A stretch of DNA of 45,909 bases. It comes from an uncultured archaeon (lineage in GTDB: Archaea; Asgardarchaeota; Lokiarchaeia; Helarchaeales; HEL-GB-B). The notes under the pieces are model-generated. The model was not told where the DNA came from. It made no database searches and saw nothing but the letters and a program-made list of their open reading frames with translations. Position numbers and translations under genes: made by a program. This document shows positions 35,156-43,282 of the stretch, piece after piece; positions within the stretch are counted from its first letter, which is position 1; every line of letters begins with the position of its first letter. Location of the stretch: positions 1 to 45,909 of the forward strand of contig CAZYEE010000002.1 of the NCBI GenBank assembly GCA_964646355.1, in the 5' to 3' direction.

Positions 35156-35704
35156 CTAAATGTTAATAGGTCTGCTTTTTCGTTCTAATGCATAATAATA
35201 TCCGATCATGGTACAAAAATGTGCAAGACCAAATCTTCCATCAATTCTCCAGCGCTTTATAAGTTTTCCAAAACATTTATAAGCAAGAGAGACATGAAAA
35301 TCACCCTCAGACCTCTGAACTAAAGGAATTTGCTTCGGATATAAAATTGATAACCTTATTTCTAATTTCATAGGTTTTGAACCTTTTGAAAAATAGAAAT
35401 CGGCGCTCCAGATTCTCGTATTATTGCTTTCATGTTTCAAATTGTCAAAAACATAAAAACCTACCGAATGTATGTATTTTTCTTTTAAAATATTAAAAAT
35501 TTCATATTCTTCCTGGACTCGAAGGTTCCATTTGGTCGATCTTGGAGTATAAATATTTTTAAACAATGGTAATTCTTCAAAAATAGCATCGCTTTTAATC
35601 TTAAGTTCGTATGGAGTAAGAAAATTTTTCCGAATAAATTCATTCATATCTATTGAAATATCGTCGAAGTATTTTCGCATATCAAGATAATCTTTGTCCG
35701 TCAA
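35156..35704 (-). CDS. UFC1-like E2, paralogue 3 (most divergent)
   Basis: WNLRVQEEYEIF, IRLSILYPKQIP and YKCFGKLIKRWRIDGRFGLAHFCTMIGYYYALE. The Cys144 codon is at 35273-35275. 182 aa, TTG start. It is the first gene of the E2-JAMM-E1 operon. Confidence 0.75.
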   Translation of the reverse strand: MTDKDYLDMRKYFDDISIDMNEFIRKNFLTPYELKIKSDAIFEELPLFKNIYTPRSTKWNLRVQEEYEIFNILKEKYIHSVGFYVFDNLKHESNNTRIWSADFYFSKGSKPMKLEIRLSILYPKQIPLVQRSEGDFHVSLAYKCFGKLIKRWRIDGRFGLAHFCTMIGYYYALERKSRPINI

Positions 35705-36508
35705 TTTCAGTTCCCATTATTAATAAAATGTTAATTTTATTTAAAGTATTTGAATTTAATATTTTAAAATATAGAGCTCATAATTTAACAAATCATTTTT
35801 GAAAATAACCAGTTTTTTTATTAATGTCTAAAAAATATATCTATAAGGAATTACCTTTTTATTGAAAATATTTGATTCTTTCATTGGAGTAAAATAACCA
35901 TCACGTTTTTTATATCATTTAACCGAAATCATTAAACTAATCCTTGATTTTAATTTTTTTATTTTTGTGGATAAGCTTAATTTTTACACCATTACTAAAA
36001 ATAATAATGGATATTGGATCAAATTAGGAGAATTTTCAAGAAAAATTACACTTTACACTTTACAATCGAAAAAAAGATAAAAATACAATGATGAATTTAT
36101 TAGTAATTTATGAATTAATTCTGAATAATCAGAAAAAAAATAAAAATTCACTGTAAGAATTTTAGGATTAATTTACGGTGATTTTATTTTGCAGACTAAA
36201 AAATCAAAATATTATAATAAAAGTAGTAAACAATACGGCAGACAACACAATAAACAAAAGATTGTTCAATATTTACATGTTTTTAAATCTGTATCACTTA
36301 AAAAATTGAACAAGATATCCGGCTGAACTTTAATGAAATTCAAGAAATAATCAATAATGAATTAAATTCGGGGAGAATTATCGGGGAATTTAAATTTGGA
36401 ATATTTTATAGGGATCTAGATATATCCAAAAAAAAGAAGGAACTATTATTAAAATATATAAATGAAAATGATAAGATTTTTTTAGAGGATGCCTCAAGGA
36501 TCGCCCGA

Positions 36509-37393
36509 TTGAGTCCAAGACAGACTCGTGACTTAATTGATGAATATTTAAATGGAAATATAATTAAAGGGAAATGGAATTCAGAAAAAAATCTATTTAT
36601 CAATTTTGCTGTAGAAAGTGTTTCAAAAGAATTAGAGGTAAAAAGAGATTTTGATTATGTTGGAGGGAATGTACGCTTTAAAGTGGTCGTGAGAAATGTC
36701 ACAAAGATGCCAATAACAGATATTAATGTAATATTAAATGTAGGTGGACAGTACATAATTGATGAAGAGTCCAAAAAGGTTGAGGCATTAATGCCTGGAG
36801 AAACGAGGGGGGTAGATTTTATGCTTACACCAGTCACATGCAGAATATCAAAAATATTAGGACTGGTCACCTATTATGACCCATTCAATGAAATGCATAG
36901 TATTACTATAAGACCAAAGGATATTCGAATTAAATGTCCTTTAGTAATCCCCGCTGATGCAACAAATAGCGAAATAATTGAATGGCAAAAATCATTGTTA
37001 AAGGGTTATAGCGTTATTCAATATAAGGATTTACCACCAAATCATGTTTTTAATATAGTCTGTGATCAAATATCTTCTTTAGATTTAAAATTAATCAGCA
37101 GGAATGATGAAGACCTAATCTCAACTTATGCAGGAATAACAAAAATCTCTAACTCAAAACTTGTGGTAGTCGCTAAAATTAATCGTGATGAAATCAAAAT
37201 AGCAACATGGACTCCATCATTAAAAGAAGCTACGGGGTTTATTGCATATTTAAAGAATCTAATCAATATTGCACTAGATGCATCCCAATTAAAAGTAGGT
37301 ATGGAGAAAATAGGACAAAAAATCATTAGGCTTTTTGAAGTATCTCAAAGATTAATTACATTATACGAGTTTTGTAGAAAAAAGAATCAGTAG
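36509..37393 (+). CDS. Winged-helix + beta-sandwich protein, function unknown; true 5' end probably lies upstream of 36509
   Basis: The WH-like N-terminus is FLEDASRIARLSPRQTRDLIDEYLNGNIIKGKW. The Ig/CARDB-like segment is GGNVRFKVVVRNVTKMPITDINVILNV...LMPGETRGVDFMLTPV. The same frame stays open back to 36302 (69 codons) with no ATG, GTG or TTG in it. Confidence 0.65.
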   Translation: MSPRQTRDLIDEYLNGNIIKGKWNSEKNLFINFAVESVSKELEVKRDFDYVGGNVRFKVVVRNVTKMPITDINVILNVGGQYIIDEESKKVEALMPGETRGVDFMLTPVTCRISKILGLVTYYDPFNEMHSITIRPKDIRIKCPLVIPADATNSEIIEWQKSLLKGYSVIQYKDLPPNHVFNIVCDQISSLDLKLISRNDEDLISTYAGITKISNSKLVVVAKINRDEIKIATWTPSLKEATGFIAYLKNLINIALDASQLKVGMEKIGQKIIRLFEVSQRLITLYEFCRKKNQ

Positions 37394-37434
37394 AGGATTT
37401 ATTAATCCTAATAAAAGAGATAAAATATAAATTG

Positions 37435-38109
37435 ATGAAAATTGATAGAAATAACAAAATAATAAATTATATTGAGCAATGGGAAATAGATTTTGGTACA
37501 AAATATGATGAAAATAATCTTAAAGAAAACATTATATCAAATTTAATATATGATACTTTAAATTGGTTGGAAGAATTAGAAGATTCTATTAATACAAATA
37601 TCGATAATTATTATGCCTCATTTAAAGAGAATATTGAAGCAATTGAAGAAAATAAGAAAAAATTATACGAATTAAGAAAAAATATTAAATTAATACAAAA
37701 AGATTACCTGAATTTAATTCTTAGATATATAATGGTCATCTATAAAAATAGTGGAATTGTTGTTTATTCTTATGCGTTCAGTGGATTTGATATGGATGAA
37801 GATTTAATTTCGGGATTTCTTACAGCTATCGGTTCTTTTGGTACCGAAATAACAAAAAAAGATACTGATATGGAATCGATTAAATATCAAGATTTTGAAA
37901 TAGAGGTGGCAAATGGCACGAATATTAAAGTCGCCTTGATTTTAAATGGGAAAAAAATAGATGTTATTAAAAAATTGATTAGAAAATTTATAAATATGTT
38001 TGAAATGGAATATAAAAATGAATTGAAAAATTGGAGTGGTGATGTTTCTATCTTCAATAATGCTAATAAATTAATTGATGAATGTTTTAATTTTGGTAAT
38101 GAAAATTAA
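37435..38109 (+). CDS. Coiled-coil protein with C-terminal Roadblock/longin-like domain
   Basis: The N-terminal 90 aa or so are helical. The C-terminus (IMVIYKNSGIVVYSYAFSG.DMDEDLISGFLTAIGSFGTEI...IKVALILNGK) fits the archaeal Roadblock/longin-like pattern. TTG is at 37432 and ATG at 37435. Confidence 0.6.
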   Translation: MKIDRNNKIINYIEQWEIDFGTKYDENNLKENIISNLIYDTLNWLEELEDSINTNIDNYYASFKENIEAIEENKKKLYELRKNIKLIQKDYLNLILRYIMVIYKNSGIVVYSYAFSGFDMDEDLISGFLTAIGSFGTEITKKDTDMESIKYQDFEIEVANGTNIKVALILNGKKIDVIKKLIRKFINMFEMEYKNELKNWSGDVSIFNNANKLIDECFNFGNEN

Positions 38110-38119
38110 GGGGACAATC

Positions 38120-41100
38120 ATGATGAAGATAAATAATAAAAAGATTTTTTTCATATTGGTAATAAATATTTTAGTATTTTCCTTTTTAATGAACTTTCTC
38201 GTGAGTTTTTATTCCAGAAATAGTCTTAATCAGAATAATATACCTAATCATGACACAATAAGAAAAATATCAAGTAGTACGGTTTATCCACCATTTTTAC
38301 GTGCCCAAAAGGAATGGTTTACAGAAAATGATACACAGACCTATGACCTAGCAAGTTATGATTTTGACGGAGATAATATATCGGAGATAATTTCGGTAGG
38401 GTTTTATAAAAACGATGCAGATCAAATATTTGGGCAAATTAGGATTTGGAATTTTAGTTTAAATAGAATAAATCTAATAATATCAAAATCATTTAGAGAA
38501 TCGAGCGATATTATATTCCGCGGTATAGAAATTACAGATATAGACAATGATGGAGTAAGTGAATTAATCATAGCCGGGGATTTAGAACCATTAAAAAAAG
38601 GTATAATTACAATATGGAATTATACGAATAATGCATTGGAATTGGAAGCAGAAAAGACATGGGGTTATAATGTTATTGGGCCCTATGTTTTTGGAGTTGC
38701 AGTGAATGATTTTGATAACGATTCTTATTATGAAATTGCTACTATTGGGTATTATTCTGGATATACTTATCTAAATATTTGGAACTATTCAACAAATCAG
38801 ATATTAAATGAATCACAATTTAATTGGAGAAAAGGTGCAGATACCATACCTAATTCAATTGCAGCTGATGATATAAACGGAGATGGAATTATTGAAATAA
38901 TAATAGGAGGTCGAATCTCAAAAACGCCATATAATGCATTTGTTAATATCGTAAAATATGCTAATGGAAGTTTATATAATCTCTATGAAACAGAGTGGGC
39001 TGATGGAAACACTGAAGTTCTTGTCGTAAAGACCTGGGATTTCAATAATGATACTATACACGAGATAATTTCGGGTGGATATACAAAAAAGGACGCACTA
39101 TATTCTGCAATGGAAATTGCTATCTGGGAAATTGATAATAATAGTCTTGTCCTAATTAACGAAACATATTGGTATTCATCATCATCGCATGCAAGATTGT
39201 GGGATTTAGAAATTACTGATTTTGATAATGATGGATTTATTGAAATTATTTCGGGTGGATATATTGGTAGAAAATCTGAATTTAGAATTTGGAATCTTAC
39301 AAACGATAATATAAATTTAGAAGCATCAGCTGAATGGGATACCTATGAGGATTTGACTGGCGGTTTTGACAATGTTGCAGACTATAATTTATTATCCGGA
39401 GATTTTGATTCAGATAATGTACTTGAACTTTTAACATCTATTCAGAATAAGACAAGCCTCAGTGGAGATTGGAAAGTTCAATTCAGAGTTTGGGATGCAA
39501 ACAATTATACGATAATCTTTGAAGATTTTAAAGTAAAATACAATCCAATTTCGCAATGTGTAAATATAAAGACTAAATTAAAATGTACATATCAAGGACA
39601 CGGATATCTAAATGCCTCAGAAATTAAAACAGCTAAATATTATATTAGAAAAAATAATGGGAATGATACTGGGCTATCAGGAAATTTGGTTTATGATTTA
39701 TTAAATGATTCATATTGGTCTGCTATTGTTAATGTATCTATTTTGCCAAAAGGAATTTATTATATAGAACTATTTGCTGATGATGGGCATGTCTCAAACA
39801 ATACAGGATATTTACCTGGAAATCAAAACCAATTCAAAATAGGGTTTGAATTAAATAATTTATACAACTTACAGCTGATAAGTTCCACTGAGTGGATCAG
39901 TAATTCAAGTTCTACATATATTTATGATAAAAAAGTAATTGATATAGATAACGACGGAATTAAAGAAATTATAGTATTCAGTAGAATATTTTTAAGTCCA
40001 AATTTGGCTGAATTACAGGTTTGGAATTTTGTAAATGAAGAATTGATATTAAAAGATACTTTTCAATGGGGTATGGGCGGTTCAACAGACATAATACCGA
40101 GAGCGATTGATGTGGGCAATATTTTAGGGGATGATAACTTAGAAATAGTGTGTGGGTCATATTTTAAAAATGAATCTGGTAAAAATGAGATTCTAATTAA
40201 TATATTTAATTATACTGATGGTAAAATTAAAAATGTTACCGCATTTAAATGGCACTATTATAATGAAACTTGGATCTATGATATGAAAATTGGAGATATA
40301 GACAATGATAACACCAACGAACTAATTACTGGTGGAAGCTTTTTTGAGAATGATCGAGAAAAAGCTTTACTAGCTGTTTGGAATTTTTCTAATAATAAGC
40401 AATCATTAGAAGCCGTAAAAACCTGGATTTATAATCCATATAACGATACTTTTATTTATAGACTTGATATAGCAGATATTAATAATGATAATAACCTTGA
40501 GATCGTTGCTGGAGGGATTATATATATTGGTAAGTTTATAACCGCAGCTTTCTTATCTGTTTATAATTATAGCCATAATATAATATTAAATATGTCATCA
40601 AATCTAATTATTGACGATCCATACGATATGTCTATTACCTATCTTTGTTGTGATGATGTTGATAACGATAATTTGACTGAAATAGTTGCTTCTTTTAAAG
40701 TTGATACGGAAGGTAATTGTACTATTGGTGTATTTAACTTTACTGAAAAGTCCATAAATATTGAAAATTATACTAGAGTATATTTTGGAGTCTCGACAAC
40801 TATAATGAGTACATGCACGGGAGATATCGATAAGGATAATTATACTGAAATTGTATTTACTGGATTCTTGTCAGCTAATCCATCCGATGCCTTTTTCGTA
40901 ATCTATAACAAAACAGGAAACAATTTTCTCAAGGAAAACTTTACTCGTTTTGATATCAATATTAATGATATTATTTACCAAGCAAAAATTTCTGATATTG
41001 ATAATAATGGGATACCTGAATTAATCACATTTTCAAATATATACTATGCAAATCCAATTTCTAAAAATTATGCTCAATTAAGAATTTGGATAGCACCATT

Positions 41101-42043
41101 CTTAAAAATTAAAATAGGTAAAATAACTCAAGATTACAAGAAGGACCTAATTTCTCTCTGGGATATTTCCGTTTATTCTTTTTTACATGGATTTATAAAT
41201 GGTACGGGTTATCATCAGACCAATTTTAAAGTTTATAATGCTACTGGAGAATATACAGGGATAAATGGCATTCTTGAATATAATTTAGATACTCAGAGCT
41301 GGTGTGCAGAAAATATAAATGTATCGAGCCTTTTAGACGGCTTGTACTATGCAATCATATATTTTGAATATTATGATTCATTAGGATTTAGTTTTCATAT
41401 AATAAATGATACAAGTGAATTTGTTATTGACAATACTAAACCTTATTTTTTGGATACACCCAATGATTATCAATATATAGTAGGAACAAGGGGTAATATT
41501 ATAGAATGGATTCCTATGGATCTTCATCCTGGTCAGTATTTTATTTATATCAATGATATTTTGGAAGAATCTGGATTCTGGGAAGCAAATAAATCAATTA
41601 AATTTAATTTAGATGGGTTCAATGTTGGGACATATACTGTTAAAATAGTAATTAATGATTCTTTTTCAAATATTATAACGCATCAATTTACATTAACAGT
41701 CTATAATTCTAATAAACCACCTGAAAATTATTGGTTAATTATATGGATTACTATAATAATCATGGTAATTTCGGTGGCTATATCTATATTTCTTGTAAAA
41801 ACTTATCAGACAAAAAAATCATATCTAAAAGAAAAAACTACCCAAACTTTTGACCAAATTATCAAAAGTATTCGATTTTTAATAGAAGGTAGGGATGAAG
41901 TAAATATAAATGAAATATCTAATAAAATTGGGAAGTCATATGAAGAGACTGAAGAAATAATCGTGTCTTTGACTTATAAGGGTATTTTAAAGGGATTTAT
42001 TGATAAAAATATATTTTATAATGAGGAAAATTTTTTAAATTAA
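38120..42043 (+). CDS. Giant surface protein: signal/anchor helix, two seven-bladed FG-GAP/VCBS-type beta-propellers each followed by an Ig-like domain, a third Ig-like domain, a TM helix and a cytoplasmic winged-helix tail
   Basis: There are 14 Ca-binding-loop-like motifs of the D.D.DG..E(I/L)(I/V) type, 7 per half. Examples are DFDGDNISEII, DIDNDGVSELII, DINGDGIIEIII and, in the second half, DIDNDGIKEIIV, DIDNDNTNELIT, DIDNNGIPELIT. N-x-S/T sequons are abundant. The TM helix YWLIIWITIIIMVISVAISIFLV is at 41729-41797. The track start at 38075 overlaps the upstream gene, whereas ATG 38120 is preceded by AAGGGGA. Confidence 0.85.
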   Translation: MMKINNKKIFFILVINILVFSFLMNFLVSFYSRNSLNQNNIPNHDTIRKISSSTVYPPFLRAQKEWFTENDTQTYDLASYDFDGDNISEIISVGFYKNDADQIFGQIRIWNFSLNRINLIISKSFRESSDIIFRGIEITDIDNDGVSELIIAGDLEPLKKGIITIWNYTNNALELEAEKTWGYNVIGPYVFGVAVNDFDNDSYYEIATIGYYSGYTYLNIWNYSTNQILNESQFNWRKGADTIPNSIAADDINGDGIIEIIIGGRISKTPYNAFVNIVKYANGSLYNLYETEWADGNTEVLVVKTWDFNNDTIHEIISGGYTKKDALYSAMEIAIWEIDNNSLVLINETYWYSSSSHARLWDLEITDFDNDGFIEIISGGYIGRKSEFRIWNLTNDNINLEASAEWDTYEDLTGGFDNVADYNLLSGDFDSDNVLELLTSIQNKTSLSGDWKVQFRVWDANNYTIIFEDFKVKYNPISQCVNIKTKLKCTYQGHGYLNASEIKTAKYYIRKNNGNDTGLSGNLVYDLLNDSYWSAIVNVSILPKGIYYIELFADDGHVSNNTGYLPGNQNQFKIGFELNNLYNLQLISSTEWISNSSSTYIYDKKVIDIDNDGIKEIIVFSRIFLSPNLAELQVWNFVNEELILKDTFQWGMGGSTDIIPRAIDVGNILGDDNLEIVCGSYFKNESGKNEILINIFNYTDGKIKNVTAFKWHYYNETWIYDMKIGDIDNDNTNELITGGSFFENDREKALLAVWNFSNNKQSLEAVKTWIYNPYNDTFIYRLDIADINNDNNLEIVAGGIIYIGKFITAAFLSVYNYSHNIILNMSSNLIIDDPYDMSITYLCCDDVDNDNLTEIVASFKVDTEGNCTIGVFNFTEKSINIENYTRVYFGVSTTIMSTCTGDIDKDNYTEIVFTGFLSANPSDAFFVIYNKTGNNFLKENFTRFDININDIIYQAKISDIDNNGIPELITFSNIYYANPISKNYAQLRIWIAPFLKIKIGKITQDYKKDLISLWDISVYSFLHGFINGTGYHQTNFKVYNATGEYTGINGILEYNLDTQSWCAENINVSSLLDGLYYAIIYFEYYDSLGFSFHIINDTSEFVIDNTKPYFLDTPNDYQYIVGTRGNIIEWIPMDLHPGQYFIYINDILEESGFWEANKSIKFNLDGFNVGTYTVKIVINDSFSNIITHQFTLTVYNSNKPPENYWLIIWITIIIMVISVAISIFLVKTYQTKKSYLKEKTTQTFDQIIKSIRFLIEGRDEVNINEISNKIGKSYEETEEIIVSLTYKGILKGFIDKNIFYNEENFLN

Positions 42044-42365
42044 TATAACTGGTCATTTGAGTTATAAATTATATAAATAATAATACTTGAAAATCAATTT
42101 AAAAAAACAATTCTTTTAATTTCAATATAAAACCTTATTTTTTTACTATTGTCAATGACTTAGTACCTTTTTTAACGATTAAAGATTCGGTTTTACTAAA
42201 CTTTTTCAACATTTGGTATTGAAAGATTATATATAATATTTTTATAATCTATATAGATTATTAATTTTTATAAAATTCTCAATATGACTATAGTAAAATT
42301 TATAAAAATTTATAGATTCTTAAACTTGAATAAAATTTATCCCCAAATTATTAAAAGGTGTTTTA

Positions 42366-43277
42366 TTGGAAAAGATAGAGACTTTCGTGCCAGGTCATTT
42401 AACAGGACTTTTTGAAATCTGTAATGGAAGTACTATCTTAAAGACAGGGTCTGTAGGTGCAGGTCTATCCATTAAATATGGTGTTAAGACAAGAATTGAA
42501 GTTAAAGAAAGTGATGAAAATAAAATCAAGATTTATTTTAATGATAAAATTATAGAAAATGCGAAAGTCTCAAAGTATGTTGTTGATTATTATCTAAAAA
42601 CAATCCAATTACCAAAATACGAAATTAAAGTAATACATCAAATTGATTTTCCTGTCGGATGTGGATTTGGTGCCTCCGGTGCGGGTGCGCTTGGAGTTTC
42701 TTATGGACTAAATGTATTATTAAATACACAATTTACAAAAATTAAGTGCGGGCAAATAGCACATATAGCGGAAGTTGTAAATAAGACAGGGTTAGGAGAC
42801 GTGATAGCTCAAACATATGGAGGAGTGGAGATAAGAAAAAAGCCGGGTGCGCCGGGTATTGGAGTACTGGATAATATTTTATATCGACCTAATTTAAAGA
42901 TAGTATGTTATACAAATGGTAAAATAGATACAGCATCAATAATTGGGGATAAAAAGCATAAAGAAGTTATTAAAAAAGTAGGCAATAAATTAATTAGGAA
43001 TGTTATAAACAATCCTTCAATTGATAGCTTGATGAGAACTGCTTATCAATTTGCTTTAGAAACTGAACTTATGTCGGAGGATATTAAAGAGCTTCTTGAG
43101 AATTTGCATTCTGCTGGCTATAAAAATTCTTCAATGATAATGTTAGGAAATTCAATATTTTGCATAGTTGAAAAAGAAAAAGCTGATATAGTTGCCGATT
43201 TAATAAAAAGTAATACAAATAATGGAATAATATTTATTACGGATATTGATAATGAAGGAGCAAGAATAATAGGATAG
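42366..43277 (+). CDS. Pantoate kinase (archaeal CoA pathway, GHMP kinase family)
   Basis: N-terminal VPGHLTGLFEI and GHMP motif PVGCGFGASGAGALG. 303 aa, immediately upstream of phosphopantothenate synthetase. TTG start. Confidence 0.8.
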   Translation: MEKIETFVPGHLTGLFEICNGSTILKTGSVGAGLSIKYGVKTRIEVKESDENKIKIYFNDKIIENAKVSKYVVDYYLKTIQLPKYEIKVIHQIDFPVGCGFGASGAGALGVSYGLNVLLNTQFTKIKCGQIAHIAEVVNKTGLGDVIAQTYGGVEIRKKPGAPGIGVLDNILYRPNLKIVCYTNGKIDTASIIGDKKHKEVIKKVGNKLIRNVINNPSIDSLMRTAYQFALETELMSEDIKELLENLHSAGYKNSSMIMLGNSIFCIVEKEKADIVADLIKSNTNNGIIFITDIDNEGARIIG

Positions 43278-43282
43278 ATAAT

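Noticed and set aside
35901-36080. Short stop-free stretch encoding ...FVDKLNFYTITKNNNGYWIKLGEFSRKITLYTLQSKKR, considered as a hidden small ubiquitin/UFM1-like gene or an upstream exon of the WH gene
   Set aside because: There is no canonical start codon other than a GTG giving only 37 aa, which is too short for a beta-grasp. No Gly-containing C-terminus is present, and the K/N/I/Y-rich composition is what random AT-rich DNA produces. I cannot distinguish it from noise.
36088-36124. Candidate C/D-box sRNA (ATGATGA at 36088-36094 ... CTGA at 36121-36124)
   Set aside because: The internal spacing does not fit the C-guide(12)-D'-C'-guide(12)-D layout. No credible D'/C' pair and no terminal stem are present, and such short motifs are expected by chance.
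38075-38119. Upstream start (38075) of the giant FG-GAP protein as given by the ORF track
   Set aside because: It would overlap the preceding gene by 35 nt and add MMNVLILVMKIKGTI before the obvious signal/anchor sequence. ATG 38120 follows a purine-rich AAGGGGA and begins MMKINNKKIFFILV..., a typical n-region plus h-region.
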